A stretch of 64,000 bases of DNA from Candidatus Komeilibacteria bacterium (GCA_030688315.1 JAUYIT010000008.1:21240-85239), one strand, 5' to 3'. Shown: positions 28,169 to 37,611, counted from the first letter of the stretch. Notes: generated by a model not told the origin, from the letters alone. A program made the numbers and translations.

Positions 28169-28609
28169 TTATTTGGGGCAAACTTCGTTCCAGGCCTGGC
28201 CGGAAAAAATTCTGCCAACGCCTTTTTCGGTTGGCATAACGGAATTTTGGGGATCGGCCTGATTAAAAGTGAGTAACACCACCACCAAGTTAACAATCAG
28301 CCAGCTGGCTAAAATAATCATAATGCCGACGACGGTATGCACTAAAGCGTCTTTGGTTTTTTTAACTTTTTCACTGTCGCCCATGCTGGTTAGCCAGCCA
28401 AAGCCGTGCCAGACAAACAGTAATAAGGAAAGGCCGCCCACAATGCCCAAAATCCACCTAAAAACATTTAAGCCCAGTTGAACAAAATCGCACAGGCCGC
28501 AATTACCGTCTTTTGTGCATTCAGGCAGAAGATCTTGAGCATAAACCATGGCCGGGCTAAATATTGTTAGGCAGAGCAGTGCTATAATCAAGAACCTTTT
28601 GTTGTTCAT
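28169..28609 (-). CDS. VirB2/TrbC-like paralog 11 (most divergent)
   Basis: Loop WHGFGWLTSMGDSEKVKKTKDAL. Confidence 0.5.
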   Translation of the reverse strand: MNNKRFLIIALLCLTIFSPAMVYAQDLLPECTKDGNCGLCDFVQLGLNVFRWILGIVGGLSLLLFVWHGFGWLTSMGDSEKVKKTKDALVHTVVGIMIILASWLIVNLVVVLLTFNQADPQNSVMPTEKGVGRIFSGQAWNEVCPK

Positions 28610-28621
28610 TTGATTTGAGAA

Positions 28622-29995
28622 TTAGAGGGTTTGGTTGACCTTGTCAGCGGCGTTTTGTAACAGTTTAAGCTGGTTCGGCGTGGTAGCAAAATTTTTAATT
28701 AAATCTTTAAAAATCTCTTCCATTTTAAGTTGATCCTTGCCCTGATACCAGTTTTGAGCCGTTAAAGTTTGATTGGCAAAGACGCCGATTTCCGGGTCGT
28801 CTTTTTGGCCGTTGATTAAGGCCCTTAAAGCGGAGGGCTTTTTGGCTTGAGCTAGGTATTTAACCACTTGTTCTTGGCTGGCCGCAAAGTTAATAAAGCC
28901 CCAGGCCGCGTCAACATTGGCGGTTTTATGGCTGACCGTTTCCGCCCAGTAGTTGGTGTAATTAACGGCTTTGGTGGAGTTTATAATTTGCGGCAGAGGG
29001 GCCACGCCCAGATTGATTTTAGGAGCCCGGCCTTTAATTTCCCTTAATTGATAGGTATAGCCGAGGGTCATGCCTACTTTGCCGGACACAAAGGCGTCTA
29101 AAGAATTGGCCTGTTTGGCGTTCCAGGAATAAACCTGTTTTAAGGGGTCGGCAAAATCGGTGTAAAAATTTAAGGCGGCCAAACCGGGGTAGTAGCTGTC
29201 TTTGCCCGCGGCTTTATTGGCAAAAGCCACTCGTCCGTTTTTATCGGTCATTATCGTGCCGTTTTGGATCATTAATAAAGATACGATATCCACGGCATTA
29301 TTGATGTTATCGGCCGTACCCAGGGTAATGCCCGATTGGATTGGGTTGTTGTTAAGGTCAATTTGGCTGATTTTAGCGGCCGCTTCAGCCACTTCGTCCC
29401 AGTTGGTGGGGGCAGTGGCAATGCCGGCCTTATCCAGCAAATCGCGGTTGTATAGTAAAACCAAGGAATCCAAACTGTAGGGCAAGCCGTAAATTTTTCC
29501 GTTGCTGACCACGTCTTCATAAACCTGATCCACAAATTTGTTTTTTATGTCGGCGGCGCTAAAAATCGGCACGCCCCTAACCACGGTAGTCCGCTCCTCT
29601 TGCCCCAAGGTTTTGGTTATCTGCTCAAACGCCAGTTGGACTTGCGCGGGCTGGGGTGTAATAAAGCTTTGGTATTTGGTCAGCCAGCTGGCCGGTAAAC
29701 TGTAAATATCCGGACCGCGGTCGGCGGCCCAGGCCTCCAACAGTTTTTGCTCATATTCGCTAAAGCGGAAGCGGGTGTATTTGATTTTAATATTAGGATG
29801 CAGGGCTTGAAAATCCTTGATTAATGGCGCTAAAAAGGCCGGTTCGTCCCAGACGCCCCAGTAATTAAGCTGAATGGTTTTGGTTAAAGCGGCCGGCGCT
29901 TGTTTGGTCGGAAAAAGTTTGCAGGAAAAACCGCCGGTGGCCAGAATCACGGCCACAAGCAGGAGTAAAAGTTTTTTTTGAAAATGTTTAGTCAT
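28622..29995 (-). CDS. extracellular solute-binding protein (ABC-type SBP family 1-like) lipoprotein, orphan
   Basis: Signal/lipobox ..ATGGFSC and SBP-like translation. No permease or ATPase adjacent. It ends 12 nt before pilin-like paralog 11. Confidence 0.55.
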   Translation of the reverse strand: MTKHFQKKLLLLLVAVILATGGFSCKLFPTKQAPAALTKTIQLNYWGVWDEPAFLAPLIKDFQALHPNIKIKYTRFRFSEYEQKLLEAWAADRGPDIYSLPASWLTKYQSFITPQPAQVQLAFEQITKTLGQEERTTVVRGVPIFSAADIKNKFVDQVYEDVVSNGKIYGLPYSLDSLVLLYNRDLLDKAGIATAPTNWDEVAEAAAKISQIDLNNNPIQSGITLGTADNINNAVDIVSLLMIQNGTIMTDKNGRVAFANKAAGKDSYYPGLAALNFYTDFADPLKQVYSWNAKQANSLDAFVSGKVGMTLGYTYQLREIKGRAPKINLGVAPLPQIINSTKAVNYTNYWAETVSHKTANVDAAWGFINFAASQEQVVKYLAQAKKPSALRALINGQKDDPEIGVFANQTLTAQNWYQGKDQLKMEEIFKDLIKNFATTPNQLKLLQNAADKVNQTL

Positions 29996-30024
29996 GGTTG
30001 GTAAACCGCTAAACTGACAAATGC

Positions 30025-30903
30025 TTAAATTTTGAGGTTTTTAAGGTATTTTTTAAATTCCCCGTTAAGTTTGGGATGATCCAATGCTAGTTCCACATTG
30101 GCCTTAAGCCAACCCAAAATGGTGCCGGCATCATAAAGCTTGCCCTCTATTTTTTTGGCGTAAAATGGCCTTTTTTTGAGTAAAACGCTGATGGCGTCGG
30201 CCAGCCAAAGTTCACCGCCCTGGCCGGGCTTGGTTTTTTTTAAAATGGTAAAAATTTCCGGAGTTAAAATGTAACCGCCTACCAGTGCCAAATTGGATTT
30301 GGCTTTAGCTGGGCCGGGTTTTTCGGTAAAATCCTTGACTTTATAAACATTTTTTTCCACCCGTTGGCCGTCAATAATGCCATAGCGCTTAGTGTCTTCT
30401 TTACTTACTTCAATAACCGACAAAACCGGATTTTGGTATTTTTCGTAAACTTCAATCATCTGCTTAATCCAGCTTTTGCCGCCCTTGGTTTGCGGGATAA
30501 AAAATTCGTCGCCCCAAAATACGGCAAAGGGCTCATTGCCAATCAGTTGCTCGGCGTTTAAGACCGGGGTGCCATTGCCATAGCCGCCTTTTTGCCGGAT
30601 GTAAACAAAGTTAGCTAGGCGCGGGATTGACCGCAATTCCTTTAATAATTGGGGATTGGTGGATTTTTCCACCCATTTTTCCAGTTCCGGACTGCGGTCA
30701 AAGTGATCTTCCACGGCGCGTTTGTTGCCGCTGGTAACAAAAATTATTTCGGTAATACCTGCTTCGGCGCAGGCCTCCACAATGTATTGGATGGTGGGTT
30801 TATCAACCACCGGCAGCATTTCTTTGGGCTGGGCTTTGGTGGCTGGCAAAAAGCGGGTGCCAAACCCGGCCACGGGGATTATTGCTTTGCGGATTTTAGA
30901 CAT
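30025..30903 (-). CDS. galU: UTP--glucose-1-phosphate uridylyltransferase
   Basis: N-terminal AIIPVAGFGTRFLPATKAQPKEMLPVVDKP is canonical GalU. Confidence 0.85.
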   Translation of the reverse strand: MSKIRKAIIPVAGFGTRFLPATKAQPKEMLPVVDKPTIQYIVEACAEAGITEIIFVTSGNKRAVEDHFDRSPELEKWVEKSTNPQLLKELRSIPRLANFVYIRQKGGYGNGTPVLNAEQLIGNEPFAVFWGDEFFIPQTKGGKSWIKQMIEVYEKYQNPVLSVIEVSKEDTKRYGIIDGQRVEKNVYKVKDFTEKPGPAKAKSNLALVGGYILTPEIFTILKKTKPGQGGELWLADAISVLLKKRPFYAKKIEGKLYDAGTILGWLKANVELALDHPKLNGEFKKYLKNLKI

Positions 30904-30963
30904 ATGTTAGTAATATTATACAATCATTGTTTAACTTTCGCAACCATAAAAGGCCTTTTGTTG

Positions 30964-31362
30964 TTACTCATTCTTAGTAAAATTTAAAGCCGCGGAATTA
31001 ATGCAATAGCGTTGTCCGGTTGGGCCGGGGCCGTCGGGAAAAACGTGGCCGAGGTGAGAACCGCAGTTTTTGCAGATTACTTCAGTTCTGGTAATGCCAA
31101 AGCTGTTATCTTCCTTAAACTCCACCGCTATTTTATCGGCCGCGTCAGAAAAACTGGGCCAGCCCGTACCGGAGTCAAACTTGGTGGCGGAAGAAAACAA
31201 GAGGGCGTCGCAAGCCGCGCAATGGTAAGAGCCATCTTGATGATGATTCCAATACTTGTTGTTAAAGGCCGGTTCGGTGGCGCCCAAACGGCAAACACTG
31301 TACTGTTCGGGCGTTAGTTTTTGTTTAAAGGCCTCTTCCTCTTGCGGGGTAGCTTGAGTCAT
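30964..31362 (-). CDS. msrB: peptide-methionine (R)-S-oxide reductase
   Basis: Two CxxC pairs and the CKNCGSHLGHVF catalytic region. Confidence 0.85.
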   Translation of the reverse strand: MTQATPQEEEAFKQKLTPEQYSVCRLGATEPAFNNKYWNHHQDGSYHCAACDALLFSSATKFDSGTGWPSFSDAADKIAVEFKEDNSFGITRTEVICKNCGSHLGHVFPDGPGPTGQRYCINSAALNFTKNE

Positions 31363-31364
31363 CT

Positions 31365-32378
31365 TTAATTTTTTAAATGTTGATCAAAAAAGGCGGTTGT
31401 TTTTTGCATAAAGTCAGTCCAATGGACGCCGAATTCATGCGGGCCGTTTTGATAAATCGTCAGTTGGGCAGGCACGTCGGCTTTAGTTAGAGCATCCAAA
31501 GTATGCTTTGACCATTCCAAGGGCACCGAGTCATCGGCCGTGCCGTGGAAAATGGCCACGGGCGCAATAATCCGGTCATAAAAATTTTCCGCTGATAAAT
31601 CGTACCAAAAATCAGGGTTGTTGGTTGGGCTACCGTAAAGCTGATCCAGTTTAACTACGGTTTCCGGCCTTTTAGCCAGCCATCTTTCATAACTCAAAGC
31701 GTAATTGCCGGAAACCGGCGCGTATAAAACGGCCGCTTTAATTAAACCGGGCTTGGCCACTAAAGAGGTAAGCGTAACGCCGCCGCCCATGGAATGGCCC
31801 AGCGTGCCGATGTTGTTTGGATCAATAAATGCCAGTTGGGAATTTTTTACTGCCTCGGCGGCGGCCAAAGAATCTTCGGCATAGCTTAAGCGCACGGCCA
31901 GTTCATCGCGGTTATCCTTATCGGATTGGGCGTGATTGCGGTAATCGGTGTGCAAGACCACGTAGCCCTGATTGGCCAGATAATCCTGTTCTCGCTTTAA
32001 ACCGCGTCCGTTGGTGTAAATAGCGGTATCAATATGGCCATGGTTTAAAATTAAAACAGGGAACAATCCGGCGCCGACGGGCACATTCATAATGCCCGAA
32101 ATAGTCAGCTGATTGCTTTGGTAAGTAATATAGTAGCGGGTATATAAGGAAGTTCGCGCCAACACTTGGCCGAGTTTTAAATTTGAACCGATGATTTCTT
32201 TGTCAAATAAGGCCGGCAAAGAAACCGCATGGCTAATTTTGGCTTGAACTGATTCAGCTAGGGTCGCGGAAGTAGGTATTATGTTTTTGTTTTGTCCGAG
32301 AGGCGCGTTAGCAGTCAGACAACCGCTTAATACCAAAGGCAAAACAGTAATCAAATAGAATAATTTAGCCGTATTCAT
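31365..32378 (-). CDS. secreted alpha/beta hydrolase lipoprotein (esterase/peptidase S9-like)
   Basis: Lipobox LSGC, nucleophile elbow GHSMGG and HGTADD motif. Confidence 0.6.
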   Translation of the reverse strand: MNTAKLFYLITVLPLVLSGCLTANAPLGQNKNIIPTSATLAESVQAKISHAVSLPALFDKEIIGSNLKLGQVLARTSLYTRYYITYQSNQLTISGIMNVPVGAGLFPVLILNHGHIDTAIYTNGRGLKREQDYLANQGYVVLHTDYRNHAQSDKDNRDELAVRLSYAEDSLAAAEAVKNSQLAFIDPNNIGTLGHSMGGGVTLTSLVAKPGLIKAAVLYAPVSGNYALSYERWLAKRPETVVKLDQLYGSPTNNPDFWYDLSAENFYDRIIAPVAIFHGTADDSVPLEWSKHTLDALTKADVPAQLTIYQNGPHEFGVHWTDFMQKTTAFFDQHLKN

Positions 32379-32578
32379 ACATCATTTATTATAGCACATT
32401 TTATTTTATCAACATTTGGTATCCTAACCTAAGCCCCAAAAAACGTTTATAAACAGTTTATACACTTTGTACAGTTTGACAATAATTGCCGGCCATGAAA
32501 TAGTATAACTAGGGTATCCTCGGGTTGGTTGGATTGCCCAAAGGTCGATGATTAAAAATAACAGCTAAGGAACAATCA

Positions 32579-32701
32579 TATGAGATTTAAAAATGAAATT
32601 ACCAACCGTCCTAATTCCAATATTGATGGCGCTGATGATGACAAAAAAGACCAAAGCGCGGAGATGGACGACAAAAAAAGCGAAGAAGATGATAAAGAAT
32701 A
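32579..32701 (+). CDS. possible 40-aa highly acidic small protein (MRFKNEITNRPNSNIDGADDDKKDQSAEMDDKKSEEDDKE)
   Basis: Preceded by aaggaaca. Followed by a plus-strand hairpin with a T-tail (14-bp IR 32726..32739 / 32783..32796, then ttttaaaa). Confidence 0.3.
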
Positions 32702-32725
32702 GACTTTTCCCGATCGGGGAATGAG

Positions 32726-32800
32726 GCGGCCGGCTTAAAGAGATCTTTCTCAACATTTATCTCATACAAGAAAGCAATCTTTTTTAAGCCGGCCGCTTTT
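32726..32800 (+). terminator. long-stem hairpin (perfect 14-bp arms gcggccggcttaaa/tttaagccggccgc, 43-nt loop) plus T-run
   Basis: Both arms read directly from the sequence; a T-rich tail follows on the plus strand. Confidence 0.4.
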
Positions 32801-32807
32801 AAAATTG

Positions 32808-33416
32808 TCAGGATTTTTGGTAAAAGTGTTTTTTAACAAAATAAAGCGCGGCTAAAATAAGCAGGCCGAGCATGAGCAGGTCAATGACCTCGGTGTATTT
32901 AATCACCGAGTCCCAGTTGTTTTTAAGATAAAAGCCGGCCGCGGCCAAAAAAGTATTCCATAAACCGGCGCCGATCACGGTATAAACACAAAATTTAAGC
33001 AGATTCATTTTAGCCAAACCCGCCGGCAAAGAAATCAAATGCCGCACGATGGGGATAAAGCGGCTGACAAAAATAGTTAGTTCGCCCTTTTGTTTAAAAA
33101 AGTTTTCGGTTTTGTTTAAGTCCGCTTCATTAAGCAAAAAATATTTGCCCCATTTGGCAATTAAAGCCCGTCCGCCGTATTGGCCGATCCAGTATGAAAG
33201 CAAAGAGCCCACCAAACTGCCCAAGGTGCTAAAAAAAATCACGCCTAAAAAGGTAAAATCGCCCGAAGCAATTAAAAAACCGGCAAAAGGCATGACCGCT
33301 TCCGAGGGAATGGGGAAAATCATGCTCTCGGCCGTCATTAATAAAAAAACGCTCGGATAGCCAAGGGCATTGATAAAGTTGGTAATATGTTCCGCTAAAA
33401 ATTCAGTTAAGCCCAT
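32808..33416 (-). CDS. DedA/SNARE-associated family membrane protein
   Basis: DedA-type translation (..FLLMTAESMIFPIPSE..). Confidence 0.75.
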   Translation of the reverse strand: MGLTEFLAEHITNFINALGYPSVFLLMTAESMIFPIPSEAVMPFAGFLIASGDFTFLGVIFFSTLGSLVGSLLSYWIGQYGGRALIAKWGKYFLLNEADLNKTENFFKQKGELTIFVSRFIPIVRHLISLPAGLAKMNLLKFCVYTVIGAGLWNTFLAAAGFYLKNNWDSVIKYTEVIDLLMLGLLILAALYFVKKHFYQKS

Positions 33417-33453
33417 TGATGTTTTATTATTTATATTATTCTACCAATAATTA

Positions 33454-33487
33454 AGGCCCATTGTCCATGATGCGGATTTGGGCCTTA
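33454..33487 (-). terminator. hairpin aaggccca/tgggcctt downstream of DEAD-box helicase gene
   Basis: 8-bp GC stem with an 18-nt loop; an A/T-rich tract follows. Confidence 0.35.
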
Positions 33488-33510
33488 ACCAGTTATTTAG
33501 TTTTAAGATT

Positions 33511-34734
33511 TTAATAGCGTTTTCTAAACGAACGCCGGCTGTTGTAAGTTGAGCGCGGCCGGCCGGACATCCGCTTGTCATCTTCAGCCGTTATTTTAAC
33601 ATTAGGCAGATCCGGCAGTTTAGAAATTGGCAAGGCGGTTTTAACCAGCCGTTCAATTTCTCTAAGTTCGTAGCGCTGTTCGGGCGTAACCAATGAAATA
33701 GCGTGGCCGCCGGCTCCGGCGCGGGCCGTCCGGCCGATGCGGTGAACGTAATCCTCGGTGTTCATCGGCAGATCAAAGTTTAAAACCAATTCAATACCTA
33801 CCACGTCAATGCCGCGCGAGGCAATATCGGTGGCGATTAAAATGCGGTATTTGCCGGATTTAAAACCCTTCATGGCATCCTGACGCTGGCCCAAGGAACG
33901 GTTGGAATGCAATTCCACGCAGCTGTGGCCAAGTTGCCGGACCAGTTGGCTTAAACGTTTGGCGCCGTATTTGGTTTTGGTAAAAATTAAAGTCGGACCC
34001 GTGTATTGCTTTAACAATTTTTCGGTCAAAGGAATCTTGGCATCTTTAGGGCAGATAAAAATTTCTTGCGTTACGCGATCGGCCGTGGTGCCGGTGGGCG
34101 CCACTTCAATCCTAATCGGCAGTTTCATGTAACTGCTAGCCAGCTTGATAATTTCGCTCGGCATGGTAGCCGAAAAAAGCATGGTTTGCCGGTCATGGGG
34201 CAGATTTTGGAAAATCTGGCGGATTTGCGGGGCAAAACCCATATCCAGCATGCGGTCGGCTTCGTCCAACACCACCACTTTAATATCATCGGTGCGTAAA
34301 GTTTTTTGGTTAAGATGATCGTTTAAGCGGCCGGGCGTGCCGATAATAATATGAGGGTTGCGGGCTAAGGCCTTAATTTGAGGATAGGCCGAAGTGCCGC
34401 CGATCAATACGGCGGTTTTTAAGCCCAGGCCGTGCCCTAGCTGGCGCAAGGCCTCATCCACCTGCGTGGCCAGTTCGCGCGTGGGCAAAACAATCAGGCC
34501 GCGGCCTTTAAGCTGATGCAGGCGTTGGATCATAGGAATGCCAAAAGCAAAGGTTTTGCCGGTACCGGTTTGGGCCACGCCCATCACATCTTTGCCTTGA
34601 ATGGCAATAGGAATGGCCTGTTTTTGAATGGGAGTCGGGGAGGAGATTTTTAATTTGGCCAGGGCCTCCAGTAAAGAGGGGGCAATGCCCAGGCCGGAAA
34701 AGCCGACAGCCGTAGTTTGTGGTTCTTGATTCAT
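33511..34734 (-). CDS. DEAD-box ATP-dependent RNA helicase
   Basis: AQTGTGKT (motif I), VLDEADRMLDMGF (DEAD), SAT and HRIGRTAR motifs. Confidence 0.9.
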   Translation of the reverse strand: MNQEPQTTAVGFSGLGIAPSLLEALAKLKISSPTPIQKQAIPIAIQGKDVMGVAQTGTGKTFAFGIPMIQRLHQLKGRGLIVLPTRELATQVDEALRQLGHGLGLKTAVLIGGTSAYPQIKALARNPHIIIGTPGRLNDHLNQKTLRTDDIKVVVLDEADRMLDMGFAPQIRQIFQNLPHDRQTMLFSATMPSEIIKLASSYMKLPIRIEVAPTGTTADRVTQEIFICPKDAKIPLTEKLLKQYTGPTLIFTKTKYGAKRLSQLVRQLGHSCVELHSNRSLGQRQDAMKGFKSGKYRILIATDIASRGIDVVGIELVLNFDLPMNTEDYVHRIGRTARAGAGGHAISLVTPEQRYELREIERLVKTALPISKLPDLPNVKITAEDDKRMSGRPRSTYNSRRSFRKRY

Positions 34735-35309
34735 AAAGATTTTTTGAATTTATGTTTAGTTAAAGAAGTAATTAATAGTATATTCATGATTACGAGATAA
34801 AACGGAAAAGAGTAAGCGGAAGCTTGCCAGGTGGTGATGGCAAAAAAGCTGGTCAGCGAACTAAACAAACCTGCCACATACGGGCTGATAGTTTCAGTTT
34901 CCGGATATTTCCAGGATTTTATCAAAGTGGGAATGGCGGCAAAGCCGTCACTGACAATGGCCAGCATGATGGCCACCAACGGTTCTTTGGTAATGGCCCA
35001 GAGCACTAAGGCCAAAACGGAAAATAAGCCGCACAAGTAATCAAATTTTTCCAGCTTCCAATAGGCGTTACGGTTGATAAAGGAAGCGATAAAAACCAGC
35101 AACGGGCCAAAGCCGGCGATAAAAGTGGGTATCACCGCCCAGGTAACTCCGTTAGACAGGGCGGCTAAGGTCCCGATCATTGGAGCAATGGTCCACAACA
35201 GCCAGGTAACTTTGTTGGGTTTGGTGTGGCCGCGTAAAGTTTCTTTGATATAGTAGGAAATGCCGATTAATTGAACGACCGCGCCTACTAAAACCAGGTA
35301 TTTTAGCAT
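34731..35309 (-). CDS. hypothetical 6-TM membrane protein
   Basis: Hydrophobic periodicity. 4-nt overlap with the helicase gene suggests co-transcription. Confidence 0.4.
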   Translation of the reverse strand: MLKYLVLVGAVVQLIGISYYIKETLRGHTKPNKVTWLLWTIAPMIGTLAALSNGVTWAVIPTFIAGFGPLLVFIASFINRNAYWKLEKFDYLCGLFSVLALVLWAITKEPLVAIMLAIVSDGFAAIPTLIKSWKYPETETISPYVAGLFSSLTSFFAITTWQASAYSFPFYLVIMNILLITSLTKHKFKKSL

Positions 35310-35525
35310 TGAATTTGCTGGCTAGTTATCAAGATTTATCAAAAAGGATAACTTGATTTAAAACTATATCAAATTATTTAAATTTTGTCAAGCTAAAGTA
35401 TGAATTAAACGCAATTTTCTGATATTTATACCTAACATTAGCTAAAAAGTAGTTTTATTCAATATATAACCTAAAATAAAAACAGCTCTGCTAGGAAAAA
35501 CTGTTGTTTGAAGAGAAATAAGTAC

Positions 35526-36167
35526 TTATGGGATTATTTCCTCTTTAGCGCCGTTGATAATTATCACTTGGCCGTCTGTTAAAGTTTTAAAAGGCATTTT
35601 TTCTTGTTTAAAAAATTCCACTGTTCTATCAATCGCCGCTGATTCGGGGTGGTTTGAATGATAATGAGGCGTAAAGGAGTAGGGTAAAATATTTAGGCCT
35701 TCCCAGATAGGTTCCTGCCCGTAGATTTGTTGGACGGCGTTAACGTCATCAACAATTTCTAAACCCCGCAAAGTGGGTGATAGCACGCAACCGCCGGCGC
35801 TATAACCCGCGTAGATTATTTTGTCTTCAGCCAGTAATTCTTTAATGATTATATCAAAGCCGCTCTCGCGCATGGCACGGCGCAATAAAAATGTATTACC
35901 GCCAGAAACGCACAAACCTTCATAGTTTAGCAATTCATTTTTTAATTCAGCAGTTTTTCCAAAGAATTTTTTTAAATCAATTTCCGAGGCAATCAGGCCG
36001 ATTTTATTTAAACCTTCAAGGTGTTCAAAACACTTCATTTGCCTTTCTTCTTTACTATAACCATCGCGCGCGTTTAAAATAAGAGCGACTTTTTTATTGC
36101 CCTTAAATAAGGCGGTTAGTTTTTCCGGATGATTGCCTAAGCCGTATGAGGATAAGTATAAACGCAT
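35526..36167 (-). CDS. peptidase S51 (dipeptidase E-like) family protein
   Basis: ..VSGGNTFLL.. and ..GYSAGG.. motifs. Confidence 0.55.
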   Translation of the reverse strand: MRLYLSSYGLGNHPEKLTALFKGNKKVALILNARDGYSKEERQMKCFEHLEGLNKIGLIASEIDLKKFFGKTAELKNELLNYEGLCVSGGNTFLLRRAMRESGFDIIIKELLAEDKIIYAGYSAGGCVLSPTLRGLEIVDDVNAVQQIYGQEPIWEGLNILPYSFTPHYHSNHPESAAIDRTVEFFKQEKMPFKTLTDGQVIIINGAKEEIIP

Positions 36168-36170
36168 AGT

Positions 36171-36920
36171 TTATTTTTTAGATTCAGCGTAATTATCTAA
36201 AAATTGTCCTACAGTTTGATTAACTTCATTAATAGCTTGTGAGTTATAACGATAATCATGTTCCGCCTCCACTTCCTGTATCATTTTTGGTTCCAAAAGA
36301 TTTTGGTATATTTTTTTAACTTCATCAACGGCAGTAAACTTATCTTTGGTGCCGTAGACTAAAAGTTTTGGCTTTGTACATTCCTGCAAGGCCTGGAGAG
36401 GATTGTGCAGTTCACCATCTTTCCAATAGTTAAGCGGCAATAGAAATTTTTTCTTTTCATCGCTTGGTGATTCACCGGGCGGCAGATCTCTGTAGCTAAC
36501 TTCAAAACCTTCTTGTAAGGCCTTATTGGTTGGAGGAGTGGGTGCGCCATAGGTAGCCATAATCAGGACGATGTCGGTAACAGAGTTATTAGAACTTGCG
36601 AGCATCGCTGTGGTGGCACCGCGGCTATGACCCAGCAGCAATGTTGGTTTATTACCATAATACTCTATCAGTTCGTTAGTGGATTTTATGTAGTTAGTAG
36701 TTGTGCAAAGATTAATTTCTCCGGGACTTTCCCATGTTCCGGGCGGATCAAAACATACAGCTAAAAATCCTTTGTTCGCCAAATAATCAAGATGGCTGAC
36801 AAAATGAGCGTAATCTTTGGTATCTAACCTGCCGGGAATTAAAATAGCTAATTTTTTAGCGTTTTCATTTCCTTTAATAATAACGGCTAATTCAAATGAT
36901 TTGGTTTTGATTAAATTCAT
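36171..36920 (-). CDS. alpha/beta hydrolase
   Basis: GHSRGA nucleophile elbow. Confidence 0.6.
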   Translation of the reverse strand: MNLIKTKSFELAVIIKGNENAKKLAILIPGRLDTKDYAHFVSHLDYLANKGFLAVCFDPPGTWESPGEINLCTTTNYIKSTNELIEYYGNKPTLLLGHSRGATTAMLASSNNSVTDIVLIMATYGAPTPPTNKALQEGFEVSYRDLPPGESPSDEKKKFLLPLNYWKDGELHNPLQALQECTKPKLLVYGTKDKFTAVDEVKKIYQNLLEPKMIQEVEAEHDYRYNSQAINEVNQTVGQFLDNYAESKK

Positions 36921-37597
36921 TTGTTTACGATGATTTCTTTTTTAGGACTTTTCTTTTTTAAATTTTGGATTATTTTTTTGGCCACATAGTCAATTTCCAT
37001 CCAGGTTTTGTAACCAGCCGGTTTAAACTTGCCGAAGATGGTGGTTTTAAAACCACCCGGATGAACCATAAGAACGGAGATATTGTAAGGTTCCAAGGCG
37101 ATGCGCAAAGATTCGGTAAAACCGCGAGCGGCCCATTTGCTGGCGGCGTAAACGGATGACTGCGCCCGGCCGATCAAAGAGCTCATGGAAACGATATTTA
37201 AAATAGTTCCGCCTTTTTGTTTTTTCATTATTTTTAAAGCGGCTCGGGAACCGTAAAACGTGCCAAAAAAATTGATTTCCATTACCTCGTGAGCGCTTTT
37301 TGGATTAATGTCCTCAACGTCCATATGAGGAATGGTTATGCCGGCGTTATTAATCCAAATATCAATTTTACCGAATTTTTTTAAAGCAAAGGCGGCTAAT
37401 TTATTGACTTCATTTTCCTTACTAACATCGCACAGGCAAGTTAAGGCGCCTGTTTCCTGACTGGCTTTTAACAATTCATTTTTGGATCTGGCGCTGATAA
37501 TCACTTTGGCTTTTTCCAAGACCAAAAAGCGGGCCAGTTCTTTACCTAAGCCCTTGCTACCGCCTGTGATGACAATGACCTTATTTTTTAGATTCAC
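36917..37597 (-). CDS. SDR family oxidoreductase
   Basis: TGGSKGLG Rossmann motif. Confidence 0.75.
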   Translation of the reverse strand: MNLKNKVIVITGGSKGLGKELARFLVLEKAKVIISARSKNELLKASQETGALTCLCDVSKENEVNKLAAFALKKFGKIDIWINNAGITIPHMDVEDINPKSAHEVMEINFFGTFYGSRAALKIMKKQKGGTILNIVSMSSLIGRAQSSVYAASKWAARGFTESLRIALEPYNISVLMVHPGGFKTTIFGKFKPAGYKTWMEIDYVAKKIIQNLKKKSPKKEIIVNK

Positions 37598-37611
37598 TCA
37601 AGTATTTTAAA

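Noticed and set aside
22523-28609. Possibility that the ~500-600-bp periodic nucleotide repeats form a CRISPR array
   Set aside because: The repeats lie inside protein-coding paralogs, are 35 nt within 400-800-bp coding units, and are not short repeats interleaved with unique spacers. No cas genes are present.
32565-32756. 63-aa minus-strand ORF
   Set aside because: It is hydrophobic nonsense antisense to a better-supported plus-strand mini-ORF with a terminator. Neither is strongly supported.
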